Below, piece by piece: positions 38,516-51,589 of a stretch of 64,000 nucleotides of DNA. The stretch's first letter is position 1. Every line of letters starts with the position of its first letter. A program made the position numbers and the translations under genes. Under the pieces are notes generated by a model. It was not told where the DNA came from. It did not search any database and saw nothing but the letters and a program-made list of their open reading frames with translations. The DNA is from Octopus vulgaris (taxonomy: Eukaryota): positions 115,568,001 through 115,632,000 of the forward strand of contig OX597823.1 of NCBI GenBank assembly GCA_951406725.2. The letters run 5' to 3'.

Positions 38516-38990
38516 GTCTTCTTCTTTGTCTTCTTCATCTTCTTCTTCTTCTCCTCCTCTCCTTTTCTTCTCCTCCTCTTCTTCTTCTTCTTCTCCTCCC
38601 CTCCCCCTCTTCTCTTATTATTCTCCTCCTCCTCTCCTTTTCTCTTCCTCCTACTCTTCCCTTCTCCTTCTCCTCCTCCACTTCTTCTTCTTCTTTCTCC
38701 TCCCCTCCCCCTCTTCCTCATTGTTGTCAATACCATTGGGGTTGTAAGCTTGGCAGAATCATTAGCATGGTGAGCAAAATGCTGAGTGGCATTTCATCTG
38801 CCTTTATACATTCTAAGTTCAAATTCCGCTGAGGTCGACTTTATCTTTTATTCTTTAGTGGTCAATAAAATAAGTACCAATTAATCACTGGGGTCAATGT
38901 AATCAACTTAGCCCCAGCCTCAAAACTGCTGGTTTCATGCAAAACTTTGAAATCATCATCATCATCATCATCATCATTATTATTATTATT

Positions 38991-39545
38991 GAGTGAGAGA
39001 GCAGTGCATGCCATCAAAATGACACTGGGGTAAAATATACGAAGCCCAGTATACCCATCATGACCACCTGTCTGATAAGGGTACACTAGGCACATGCATC
39101 ACAACCATATGTGCGCGACATGGTGATCTCATATCAAGATAAACAGCACATGACCTTGCAGGTGGGGCCCAGTTAGAATTTTCTTCAGATTGAGTAACCC
39201 ATCCCGCTCAAAAGGTCCCTGAATAAGGGTTGTTGAAGGATGTTGAACGAAACACCCATGTTTCCTGAGGTGAATTATTCAAACCCCAAAGAATCCCTCT
39301 CAACACATGGCTATGATGCTCCCCAACTACTTCTGCTCATGATCAGAGACGCACATATCGTCAGCCACTAAGGAACATGCTCAACTGGTTAAGGTCAAAC
39401 AACTGACAAGCAAATCTGTGGTGTTGAGCAGAATATTTGCTGTAGCCCATCTTTTATACCAAGACAAAACAATGTATGTTATAACACTTCCAATCAATGA
39501 AGATCAGAAGCCACGAGAGCCACTGCCTGGTACTGCATCAGGGCA
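38991..39545 (-). mobile_element. 555-bp non-coding element embedded in a (TAA)n array
   Basis: (ATT)n directly on both sides; a second copy with the same end is at 56298-56430; strand inferred. Confidence 0.75.
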
Positions 39546-39584
<39 letters not shown>

Positions 39585-39861
39585 ATTATTTTGTTGTGTC
39601 TTGGGAGAGTCCTTATACCAATAACAACATGTACACATGTTCAATTTCACTTCTGTATTGTTAGTCAATTGACGAAATATCTAATCAGCTAACTAATTGA
39701 TTTTTTACTTTAATGTGTTGGTTAAACAATCAATAGGTTTACTTGTCCGTCAAGCAAATGATCGATTAGTTGGATAGATATTTATCCAACTGACCAACGA
39801 TAAACAAGTGGAGTTGCACCTGTGCATGTGTTACTGTTACTGACGTAAGGACTCTCCCAAC

Positions 39862-39954
39862 AAACACCTTGGGCAAGTGTCTTCTACTGTACCCTCGGGT
39901 CGACCAAAGCCTTGTGAGTGGATTTGGTAGACGGAAACTGAAAGAAGCCCATCG

Positions 39955-40031
<77 letters not shown>

Positions 40032-40240
40032 ATGATTGTGTGTATGTGTTTGTCCCCCCAACATCGCTTGACAACCGATGCTGGTGTGTTTATGTCGCCA
40101 TAACTTAGCGGTTCGGCAAAAGAGACCAATAGAATAAGTACTAGGCTTGCAAAGAATAAGTCCTGTGGTCGATTTGCTTGACTAAAGGTGGTGCTCCAGC
40201 ATGGCCACAGTCAAATAACTGAAACAAGTAAAAGAGTAAA
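39862..40240 (+). mobile_element. 5'-truncated SINE-C
   Basis: Starts at CACCTTGGGCAAG; family tail. Confidence 0.9.
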
Positions 40241-40319
40241 CAACAAAATTTGTTTCAGCACATGAGTTTACATCAAAAATGTTTCAAATTAAATACAAAA
40301 CTGAAACTATTATTACTAT

Positions 40320-42092
40320 CGCTGCCCATTGTCCCCTCTTCTGTATGTATTGGCACTTGTGCCACTGCTGTGGAAGTTGGAAAAGCTAAGAGGCTTCCCT
40401 TTCAAACTGGAACTAAGAAGGGCAGTGTTGGCATACACAGACGATATTACCATCATGGTGTCAGATGCCTCTGAAGTGGAGACAGTCGGCACCATCCTAA
40501 AAGAATGTGAGTCAGTTTGAGGGGCTAAAATCAACACTGACAAATAAGTGGGTTTGTGGTTGGGCTCTTGGAGAGGTATGACAATGCCATCGGATGGTGT
40601 TGATGGATGCTGGGCTGATAGACCAGTTAAACTGCTTGAGGTCTGGTTTGGTCCTGACCTCCAGATTAATAAGAACTGGGATGAAGTGGTGAACAGGGTG
40701 GCCAGTCTAACTCAGAAATGGGTTGAGAGGAACCTGTCCCTGAAAGGTCAGGCAGAGGTGGCAAATGCTTATATCACCTTCATTATCATTTATCACCTGA
40801 CTGTTGTGCCTTGTCCTGATTACTGCTTGACCAAATTGGAATGTGTCTTATTTAAATTCTTGTGGAATTGATGCATTCCAATGGTCAGGCAGTCAGTCTC
40901 TTGCCCGCATCCTCTGAGTGGTGGATAAGGTAAGCTATGGCTCTTAATATGCAGATATGCTCTTAAGTTACGCTACCTGCAATGATTTCTGGATGGTGGG
41001 CTCCGTTTGAGAGGCTCGTCTTTCTGCAGCTCGTCTCCTTGATGGAGCTGCAGTCCTGGATGAAGAAAAGACTGAAACTGGGTGCCTGACACCTAGAATA
41101 TCATCAGGCACTCACAACCCTCGACCAGCTGGGCAATGGGATCAATGGATGTTTCACTTAAGAAGTTTATAGAAGATGTGTGGCTGAGAAGTGCAATGAC
41201 ATTCTCAGGAGACTCTGGGTGCTGACGAGAATGGACTGGCTAGTCTGTTCCAGTGGACTTTCTGGTCAGGAACTTTCAAGGATAATTGCCAGAGTTCTTG
41301 GTCTGGCAGTGCTACCGGGTGGTGTGCTACTAGTTCAAGATAAACTCTACGGGTATGGATGTGCTGTCAGACAGACTTGTCCAAGGTGCGCATAGAGTGA
41401 TGAAACTGTTCAGCATGCTCTCGTTCAATGTCCAGGCATTGCTGACTTGTGGGATTATGTAGAACAGCTACTGTCACATGTGGGATGGGTCCATCTGTCA
41501 GCTGAGTCTGTAGTAATGATTGCCCAACCACCCTTCTTCAATGGGGCAGGCAAAGCAGTTTTCCTTTGCCTGGTGGCTCTGATGAAAGAGGTTGTTTGGT
41601 GGACAAAGCTGAAAAGCATGAGGACAGATACATTTCTCTTTGGTAGAACTCTCATCAACTTCTTCAAGTTTCACTTGTAAAGGAAATTGAGAGTGGAGGG
41701 GGAAAGTGCTGTCCTCGAGTGAGTTTATTGAAAGTTGAGTGGAAGTTGTGAAAATGGCAAGAGGGGATAGTATCTCTCTAAGTGTAGGCCTGTGAGTTGG
41801 AGAGAAGGAATTAGAAGGGGCACTTGCTCCCGGGGTTTCAGGGAAATCTCAGACAATGGGGTCCCTCGATTATCTGTAGAGGCTTTCCTGTTCCAGGAGG
41901 GCCACATCTCTATCATCCTCCCTGCCATTTTTTGTTTTTTAAAACCTTTTTGTTTTTCAGTGTTTACCATATATATTTACTTTCTTTCTTTCTTTCTTTT
42001 ATTTATCATTTCATTATATGTAAACCCCCACACTTTATGTCTGTCTTTGTATTGTCCCTCTCATCCTTCACCCTTGTGGCAAATAAATGAAA

Positions 42093-42150
<58 letters not shown>
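40320..42150 (+). mobile_element. 5'-truncated, decayed Tx1/L1-clade LINE (RT C-terminal half, zinc knuckle, 3' UTR, (ATT)n tail)
   Basis: CPLSPLLYVLAL, AYTDD, GAKIN, LSLKGQ, CPRC..SDETVQHALVQCP motifs with stops and frameshifts; AATAAA at 42082-42087. Confidence 0.92.
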
Positions 42151-42151
<1 letters not shown>

Positions 42152-42490
42152 TTACCTATTTAATTTATATTGTCAATAATTAGGAATTACTTGAATAGAA
42201 AGTAGATAGTCTTCAGGGACATTATCTAAATTATACTGGACTGTACTTCAATGAATATTAATAGCAAATCTACTTATCTACTTTATATTTAAAATATCTT
42301 GTACCTAAAATACATCAACATCATAACAGCCCACATCTTAACATCTCGTCTTTTATTCACTCTCTCTCTACTTCTTTCCTGACACATTTCTCTTGCACCT
42401 TCTGTTCATACCTGCCTCTTACAATGTTGGACAGCCCACTCTCCTCTCCTGCTGTACTCCCTATTCTCTCTTCTTACATACCAGCCCTCA

Positions 42491-42922
42491 TCCAAGCTTC
42501 TCTGCTAGTTCCTCAACAGTTATAATGGGATTGTGTTCCACCAGGATTTGCAGGATGCCTTCATCAAGCTCTACAGATCTTCCAGGATGAGGCTCGTCTT
42601 CTAGGCTATAGTTTCTGGCTTGGAATTTCTGGAGCCACTGTTGACACTGGCTTACTCTTATTGTCCGATCCCCATATACTGCATTAATATTCCTTGCATT
42701 TTCCATTGCATTGTTGCCTTTATTGAACTCATAAAGCAAAATATAGCTTTGAAAAAATAGCTGTTAAAATTGAACTGCAATCTTCAAAACTTGCACTAAG
42801 AGTATGGACAAGGTAAAATTACAACCTGCTTTTATAGCAAGTCATTACAGGTAGTTTATCTCCTCCTCCTCCAACTTTTAGTTCATGCAGCTGGAAAAAC
42901 TATTATTTATGGGATGACCCAA
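42491..42922 (-). mobile_element. Mariner 5' fragment (TIR plus N-terminal HTH of the transposase)
   Basis: LYEFNKGNNA..ARNINAVYG...SLEDEPHPGRS; terminus TA-TTGGGTCATCCCATAAAT. Confidence 0.9.
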
Positions 42923-43849
42923 TATATCTAATTTATATATCACTGATTTCCTTGAACATAAATTGGGGAAAGCATGAATATCAGAACATTCCATTTCTCT
43001 TCTCTTGAAAAAGTCTGACTTTGTAATTATGGAAGGTTTATTGATGAAACAGAAACCATCTTTGGAATGGAATTCCTGACCAAAGCATCAGTACTAAGTG
43101 CTCTGTTAGGCCAACAACTCTCACATTAACTTCTGCTGTTGTGTTACTTGCATTTTATTCTTGTGAAAAACGCTGCCAATATTTAAATTGGTTTTTAAAA
43201 TAATGAGGAATTTATTAAAACAACATTATAAAGTACTTGGAACATAAATCAAGATGAAATTTTGATCAAAAGTTTTAATTTAAATCAATCTAAATTATGA
43301 AATTTGTTCCATAGAACCAAGAGCAATCCTGGGTGTGTTGGTAAGAAAAGAGTAAAGACTTTCTTGAGACCAATGTACATCACGAAAGTTTACAAGCCAG
43401 AGTTTATGCTAGCGATAATGAAGTTAACAAGGGCTTTAATGGCCAGTTCCATTGAAGTTGGTTCCATTGGACATGAAAAGAATAACTGAATAATTTGAAG
43501 CTGTGAGAATGTCAACTGGTTGAGAGGTTAGACGGACATTATATAAAGCTCTAAGTATCCACAAAGATCAACTTTAGAACTGACATGAGGTAAGATTTAC
43601 TTAGGAGTCTAATTGCCATTAGTTCACAACAATTGTAATTGAAGTTGTTTCGTATCAACTGTAGAATTCCTGTAGAATTTCTCCATTGTTCTCTCACATT
43701 CGTACTGAACACTAAAATAAGGGATAAATAAATAAATAAATAAATAAACTGTTTATTATTGAATACTACATAATGAAACAAAGAGTAAATATTTATTTCT
43801 GTTTATTTCCCTACAGAGAGGTATTATGAGCAGTATTAGAGGTTCTAAG

Positions 43850-44393
43850 GTGGAGGTGCATGGCTTAGTGGTTAGGGTGTTAGCATCATGATCATACAAT
43901 TGTGGTTTCGATTCCTGGACCGAGTGACGCGTTGTGTTCTTGAGCAAAACACTTCATTTCACGTTGCTCCAGTCCACTCAGCTGGCAAAAATGAGTAACG
44001 CTGTAAGGGACTGGCATCCCGTCCACCTGGGGAACACATACGCCTGGCTAAGCTTTAAAAGGGCGCATTTGTGGAGGCACAATGGCCTAGTGGTTAGGGC
44101 AGCGGACTCGCGGTCAGAGGATCGCAGTTTCGATTCCCAGACCGGGTATTATGTGTGTTTATTGAGCGAAAACACCTAAAGCTCCACGAGGCTCCAGCAG
44201 GAGGTGGTGGTGACCCCAGTTGTACTCTTTTGCCCCAACTTTCTCTCACTCTCTCTTCCTGTTTCTTGGGTAACGCTGCGATGGACTGGCGTCCTGTCCA
44301 GCTGGGGAACACATATGCCATAGAAACCGGGAAGCCAGGCCCGTGAGCCTGGCTAGGCTTTAAAAGGGCACATGTATTTATTTTTTAAATTAT
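43850..44393 (+). mobile_element. Heterodimer of SINE-E and a SINE-D/E chimera within one TSD
   Basis: Two tRNA heads (43850, ~44071); flanks TATTAGAGGTTCT(A/G)AG at 43834-43849 and 44394-44409. Confidence 0.85.
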
Positions 44394-44759
44394 TATTAGA
44401 GGTTCTGAGCTTTTGAAACCGAGATGATTCACAAGATGGAATGAAGAAGAATCCAATATCAATTCGATGATCATTATTTGTATCTGTTAAATTATTAAAC
44501 GGATTCAGATAAGTTTAATTTTGTTCCTAAACTAAATGACTGAAGATTAGAATCAACCCGGTTGATGGCTGGCAACATTATATTCCAGTTATCATGTTTT
44601 ACTAGCATCTTACCGAAATATGAGGAACATTTCAATCTTCTCAGGATGTTCAGGGGTCGTAAAAATTGTAAACATAATTTGTTAGTAAACCATTTAGGAA
44701 AGACTGGAGATAAAACTCAGGCTGAACAAAAGAACTCCTGTTTTTGCAATCTCATGAAT

Positions 44760-44797
<38 letters not shown>

Positions 44798-44886
44798 TAT
44801 TATTATTATCATTATTATTATTATTATCATTATTCTTATTATCATTATTATTCTTATTATTATTATCATCATTATTATTATTGTTA

Positions 44887-44921
<35 letters not shown>

Positions 44922-45379
44922 GAGTTGTATGGAATGAAATATATCAAAGCAGATTATTTAAGCACTTTTTTTTTGTATTTTGTACTTTTTTTCCCTATTT
45001 TGTTCAATAAATAAATAATTTCTATTGTCCCTGAAACTGTTTTCTATGATAAAGAAAACCATTACTGTCAGAGCGAGATATCCCACTTGGCTTTGTGTGC
45101 GTGTGTGCATGCATGCGTGCGTGTGTGTGTGTGTGTGTGTGTGTGCATGCATGCGTCTGCGCATGTGTGTGTGTGCGTGTGTGTGCGTGTGTGTGTGTGT
45201 TTATCAGTTTTATAACGTAAGAATTTCAACATATTGTTTTGGTGATTTGTAATTCCTGTGTTTGATCATTTAATGAAAGAATCAATAAAGGAAAATTATG
45301 AGGACCAGGGAAAAACAAAAAAAGAAAAAAAAAACAAAATACAAACAAAAACACAAATGACAACAGCAATTACAAAGCA

Positions 45380-45760
45380 AAAACAACCACTACCGCCACC
45401 ACCACCACCACCACCACCACTACCCGGTTTCTAGCATCATCACCACTATCATCATCACAATCAACACCATCACTGCTACCAGCTTCAACAACTTTTGCTT
45501 CGGCTACTACTACTACTATTATCACCACCTCTACTACTACTACTACTACGACTACCACCACCTTCCACTTGTATTACTACTACTGCCGCTACTACTACCA
45601 CCACCACCACCTCCCACCTGTATTATTACTACTACTATTACTACTACTATGACCACCACTTCTACTACTGTTACTACTGCTACAACCACCACCACCACCA
45701 CCACACCACTGCTGCTACTACTACAACCACTGCTGCTGCTGCTACTACTACTACTACTAG
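45380..45760. repeat. Compound (ACC)n/(ACT)n/(GCT)n trinucleotide tract
   Basis: Read directly. Confidence 0.9.
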
Positions 45761-46550
45761 ATTTTATCACATATATATTTTTTTCCTGATGTCAGTTTTG
45801 ATAGTGGTGGCTTCAGAAATCATTCTAGCCATTATCATTTCTGAACATAAAAGACAACCATCTGTAAGAGAAGTGACAACAAAAAGATTTCAGGAAGTAA
45901 AATGGGAATGTTGTTGTTTGTTATTGTTGGCGGTGATGATGGTGATGGTGACGACAGTAGTGGCGGCAGTGGTGGTGGTGGTGGTGGTGGTGGTGGTATG
46001 TGGATAAACACCAGCTGAAAAATGTAAAAAAAAAAAAAAAAAAAAGGGAAAACAGAACCGAAAAATATAAAATAAAAACTAAAAAAATGCAAAACTTTAT
46101 ACCAAAATAACATCTTTATAATGATATCTATGAAAGAAAATTATATTGAATGTCAGGAGAATTTTTTTTATAAGCTATGAATGGATTAAATTGCTTTCAT
46201 GTGAATAAAAACTAATGTACAACTAATAAGATTCATTAGAAATGTGCCGGTTCCTTTTGTTTGTCCCATATATGCGTGTGTGTGTGTATGTGTGTGTGTG
46301 CAGGTGTGAGAGAGTATATGGATGTCTGTATGTAAGTATGTATGCATGTGTGTGTGTATGTATGTATGTATATATGTATATATGTATGTATGTATGTATA
46401 CAAGTTTTAATGTGTGTATGCATGTATAATTTCATATATATCATTTCTTTCAGATCAGCAGCAAAAGTATGCTGTTTAGCCGAGCAGATAACATATTTTA
46501 TATATTTGTGTGTAAATGTATGTATATATATATATATATATATATGTATA

Positions 46551-46777
46551 TACTCTTTGACTCTTTTACTTGCTTCAGTCATTTGACTGCAGCCATGCTG
46601 GAGCACTGCTTTTGGTCGAGCAAATCGACCCCAAGACTTATTCTTTGTAAGCCTAGTACTTATTCTATCGGTCTCTTTTGCTGAACTGCTAAGTTACAGG
46701 GACGTAAACATACCAGCATTGGTTGTCAAGCAATGCTGGGGGGACAAACACAAACACACAAACATACACACACATAC

Positions 46778-46816
<39 letters not shown>

Positions 46817-46984
46817 TACAATGGGCTTCTTTCAGTTTCCGTCTACCAAATCCACTCACAAGGCTTTGGTCAGCCTGAGGCTATAGTAGAAGACACTTGC
46901 GCAAAGTGCCACGCAGTGGGACTGAACCCAGAACCATGTGGTTGGTAAGCAAGCTACTTACCACACAGCCACTCCTGCGCCTAT
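46551..46984 (-). mobile_element. SINE-C, full length
   Basis: Head, CORE-like motif, internal microsatellite and tail all present. Confidence 0.92.
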
Positions 46985-47007
46985 GATGAAATATTTTATA
47001 TATATAA

Positions 47008-47269
47008 ATCATCATCTTCATCATTGTTTAACGTCTGCTTTGCATGCTAGCAAGGATTGGACGATTAGACTGAGGGTTGGCAAACCAGATGGCTGCACCA
47101 GGTTCCAATCTGATCTGGCAGAGTTTCTACAGCTGGATGCCCTTCCTAACGCCAATCACTCTGAGTGAGTAGTGGGTGCTTTTTACGTGCCGCCGGCATG
47201 AAGGCCAGCCAGGCGGTACTGGCAACGGCCATTCTCAAATGGTGTTTTTTACGTGTCACCTGCACAAGA

Positions 47270-47309
<40 letters not shown>

Positions 47310-48125
47310 TAAAGAGAGAGAGAGAGAGAGTGTATTTTATATATATAGTGTGTGAATATGTATAGTATATTGTGTGTCTGTATATCTATAAATATATGTA
47401 AATATGTGTGGGTGTGTGGTAAGAAGCTTGCTTCACAACCACGTGATTCTGGGTTCAATTCCACTGCATGGTCCCTATGGTAAGTGTCTTCTTCTATTGC
47501 CTTGGGCTGACTAAAAGTTTGTGAGTAGATTTGGTTGATGGAAACTGAAGAAAGTCCATTGTATCATCATCATCATCATCATTTAATGTCCATTGTCTAT
47601 ACTGGCATGGGTTGGTCTGTTTGACCAGGGCTCATAAGCTGGAAGGCTGCACCAGACTCCAGTCTGATGTGGCATGGTTTTCTGCAGCTGGATCACCTTC
47701 CTAACACCAACCACTTCAAGAGTGTAATGGGTGCTTTTACATGCTACTTGCATATCACCAATATCTTCCACGGTTGTGATTTTGCTTGGCTTGATGGGTC
47801 TTCTCAAGCATGACATAATGCCAAAGATCTTCGTCATTGCATCTGTGAGACCCAACACTCAAAGGACCACAGCCACTTTGCCTCCTTGAGGCCCAACACT
47901 CAAAAGGACCACAGCCACCTTGCCTCTGTGAGGCTCAATGCTCGGAAGGAACTCAGCTATACTGCCTTCATGAGGCCCAGTACTCGAATGGTGTTCCTTA
48001 TGTGCCACCAGTACACCAACATCAGCTATGACTATGATTTCACTTGCTTTGACAGGGCTTCTCAAGCGCAGCATATTGCCAAAGGTCTCAGTGACCAGTC
48101 ATTGCCTCTGGGAGGCTCAAAGGGG
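47008..48125 (-). mobile_element. RTE family A fragments (~47008-47272, ~47563-48125) around a diverged plus-strand SINE-C head (~47405-47562)
   Basis: Family 3' UTR; minus-strand peptide LGLTDAMTK. Confidence 0.78.
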
Positions 48126-48131
48126 CTGTGA

Positions 48132-48360
48132 TTAGCCGACCAATTTGCCAAACATCTCCAGGATGTCAGACTCAGCAATGACACCCCAGTCTTGAGTCAC
48201 TTTCACTTGACTGGTCATCTGCAACTACATCTGTCTGTGTTCAGGCTGTCCTTTGCACAGAGACTACCCTGACTCCCACCTCCATTGAGAGCAGGAATTT
48301 ATTTTCTCTCTTCACTCCTATGTACCTCATGGCCTCAGTTCGTCACCTCTCTTCATTTAA
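48132..48360 (+). pseudogene. Penelope-like GIY-YIG endonuclease C-terminal remnant
   Basis: LADQFAKHLQDVRLSNDTPVLSHFHLTGH ... *EQEFIFSLHSYVPHGLS, like the PLE pattern L..RF.EH.....PV..HF...H ... EQ..IF.L....P.GLN. Confidence 0.8.
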
Positions 48361-48719
48361 ACTCACCCATACACACATTTACACACACCACATACAACCC
48401 ACATTCCAACGCCCCTTCTCCACCCCTGCACACTTTCTCTAAACTAGTACCCACACCATTTATACCAATATTATAGCATATACAGACACCTACACACACT
48501 CACACGAAAATCCAGTGAGTACGCACTACATGTCTGTACTCTAGGCATAATAGCTGGAAACTGATGTAGCCTTCTGGCATGAAAGACTTTCATGTATGCA
48601 CAAGTGTTATCAAGGAAGAGCTGCAGTGAGAGAGATGATGAGTAGTGAGGGGTCTTGAGGAGGAAATGAGGTACAGCACCTATTTAATATGTAACACACA
48701 CACACAGTTTCACTGAGGT

Positions 48720-49090
48720 GGGCAGGCTTATTCTGATTTGCATAACACCAGTCATCTCAGTCCTTTGTCATCTTCTCCATAAAGTTCAAGATCTTGAGAT
48801 CAGCCTTCAACACATCATCCCTTCTGGAAGCTTTTGGAAGCTCCATCCACATTAACTGATTTTCATGTTTTTGTAGAACTGTCCTTATCCATATGCATCA
48901 TATATGTCCATACAGCGCAGTCTTCCTTCTGGCGCATTACATCTGATTCCACTTTTACTCAGTTTTTCTCTGGGTGCTTTTGTACTAAATCCTTTTTGTA
49001 CTCTTTCATTGCATATCCACCGGAGCATGCTTTCTTCATTTCCTTCCTCCGTATTCAAGGCCCACATCTCACAACCATGAAACATCATAG
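48720..49090 (-). pseudogene. Decayed RTE ORF fragment
   Basis: MFHGCEMWALN...NEESMLRWICN. Confidence 0.75.
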
Positions 49091-49185
49091 TATTTATAAA
49101 TATATGGCTATAATTACATATACATACAAATACATACATACATACATACATATATATATATATATCATTGTTTAACGTCCATTTT

Positions 49186-49234
<49 letters not shown>

Positions 49235-50811
49235 TTTGTATATCCATTTTACATCTGTTTATCCCTGTTAGAACGAATTTGATGTGTATATATGTGTCTA
49301 TATACATACATGTGTATATATATATATATATATATATACATGTTACTTGTGAGAATATCAAACACAATATTGTAGCTTTTTTATGGTAATATTTCTTGGA
49401 GTTGATTCGAACAATCAGTAACCTGAGGTGAAATCTCTGTCAACTGGTAGACAACAGTAAGTTGTTCTAGTTTTCAAAGACTATTATTCTATAACTTTGA
49501 CATGATACCATTTTGATGTTTGTTTGAGTTAAGATGAAAAAGAAGAGAAATTTACGCAAAAATAAGAAAAAGAAACGAAAGAAAGAAAGAAAGGAAGGAA
49601 GGAAGAAAGAAAAAGCAACAAATTTAGAAAATGTTGATATTAATAAAACACTATAATGTAATAATAATTTCAACATACTTCTTGCTTTTAGCAAAAACTT
49701 TGTTATATATGTTTGAAATAGTTTATATTACCATTTTCTACTTTAAATCTTCTTTTCACAAATGCCTGCAAGATATCTTCCATTGATGTGATGCAAATAG
49801 CAAGACATTCTCTTGTTAAATTAGAAAAGACTCAGGTTTTTATTTTCTGAGGATACTAGTTATGATATCATTGCATGTGATGTTTTTATTAGCTGAAATC
49901 TTTTATTTATTTTGATGATAATATCTGTAACAAATTTCATTTTCTTTTATAATTCTATTCATGTTCTTTGATGCTATTTTCCTCACTTGTGTACAATATA
50001 TTTAATGTTTGTCATTTCTTGGGTAATTTTATGAAATTTCCTACTTTTATTCTCTTATATTAACGAATGGCTTGTTTGTAACATTATCCACTTTTATTTA
50101 CAGTGCAATATATGATGCTTCTAATTTAAATTTTGTTATGTGTATTATCTTAATTGCCCTTTTTACAGTTTTTTGCTAACTTACTTTAACGATGTCCTAT
50201 TTAGCTACGTGCCACTCATTACAATTATATCTTTGTCTTTTTGTTTCCTCTAAGTTTGTCCTATTCACTTTCTTATAATCTTAATTTTTTTTCCATCAAT
50301 GTTGCCATCGTTCTGTGACTATTCATCTTCATATAACAGTTTTCTATTAATATTTTTCAAAATTGATATGCGTTAGCTTTATACACTTTTATGTGGTGAT
50401 ATGAGAGATTTATGTTGCTTTAATTCATTCTCAGATGTCTTTTATTTGTATAGAACTCAGTTCAGTTACTTTCAATATTGCAGTAATTCTGAATATTACA
50501 ACCTTATCCATAAAAATTTTTGTGATTTAGTTCACTATTTGCATATTCTTGGCCACATGCTACTGCAACGCATTCAAAAATAGAAATATATGATCTAAAA
50601 TATCAGGAAACAATCATCCACAAAAATATTTTCTATATGTGTACACATGTATATATATCAAACATGTATATATATCAAACATGTATATATATCAAACATA
50701 GGCAGTTTTGCATAACCTGAAAATAGCAATGATCAATAGCCTGATGAAACTTTTCAAGGGATGACAATGAGAGAAGTGGGTGAGATTACCAATTCTAATG
50801 CAGATTATAAA

Positions 50812-51586
50812 TCATCATCATCATCATCGTTTAACGTCTGCTTTCCATGCTAGCATGGGTTGGACGATTTGACTGAGGACTGGCGAACCAGATGGCTGCA
50901 CCAGGCTCCAATCTGATCTGGCAGAGTTTCTACAGCTGGATGTCCTTCCTAACGCCAACCACTCTGAGAGTGTAATGGGTGCTTTTATGTGCCACCAGCA
51001 TGAGAGCCAGTCAGAGGGTACTGACAACGGCCATGCTCAAATGCTGCTTTTTACGTGCCACCTGCACAGGAGCCAGTCCAGTGGCACTGGCAACAACCTC
51101 GCTTGAATGTTTTTTCATGTGCCACCAGCACAAGTGCCAGTGAGGCAACTCTGGTAATGATCACACTTGAATGGTGCTTTTTATGTGCCACCGGCACGGA
51201 AGCCAGTCAGCTGCTCTGGCAACGATCACACTCGGATGGTGCTCTTAGCGCTCCACTAGCCGGTCATCGAATTTGATTTCAATTTCACTTGCCTCAACAG
51301 GTTTTCGCAAGCAGAGTTTAGTGTCCAATGAAGGAAAGGTATGCATAAGTGGGCCGGTTACTCCCCTGGCATAGGCCACGAGGTTATGGTCTCACTTGGT
51401 TTGCTGGGTCTTCTCAAGCACAGCATATTTCCAAAGGTCTCGGTCACTAGTCATTGCCTCGGTGAGGCCTAATGTCTGAAGGTCGTTCTTCACCACTTCA
51501 TCCCGTATCTTCCTGGGTCTACCTCTTCCCCAAGTTCCCTCAACTACTAGGCTGTGGAACTTTTTCACACAGCTATTCTCATCCAT
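50812..51586 (-). mobile_element. 5'-truncated RTE LINE (family A) with complete 3' UTR
   Basis: ORF 51586-51392 VEGTWGRGRPRK..DEVVKNDL..LGLTEAMTSDRDLW; repeated UTR units; (GAT)n tail. Confidence 0.92.
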
Positions 51587-51589
51587 GAG

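Noticed and set aside
48556-48592. Hammerhead-like GAAA-CTGATGTAGCC..GGCATGAAAGACTTTC
   Set aside because: The core is non-canonical, and the sequence also resembles a decayed RTE 3' UTR segment
50645-50700. miR-190-like sequence on the minus strand
   Set aside because: It is simply an 18-bp unit repeated three times
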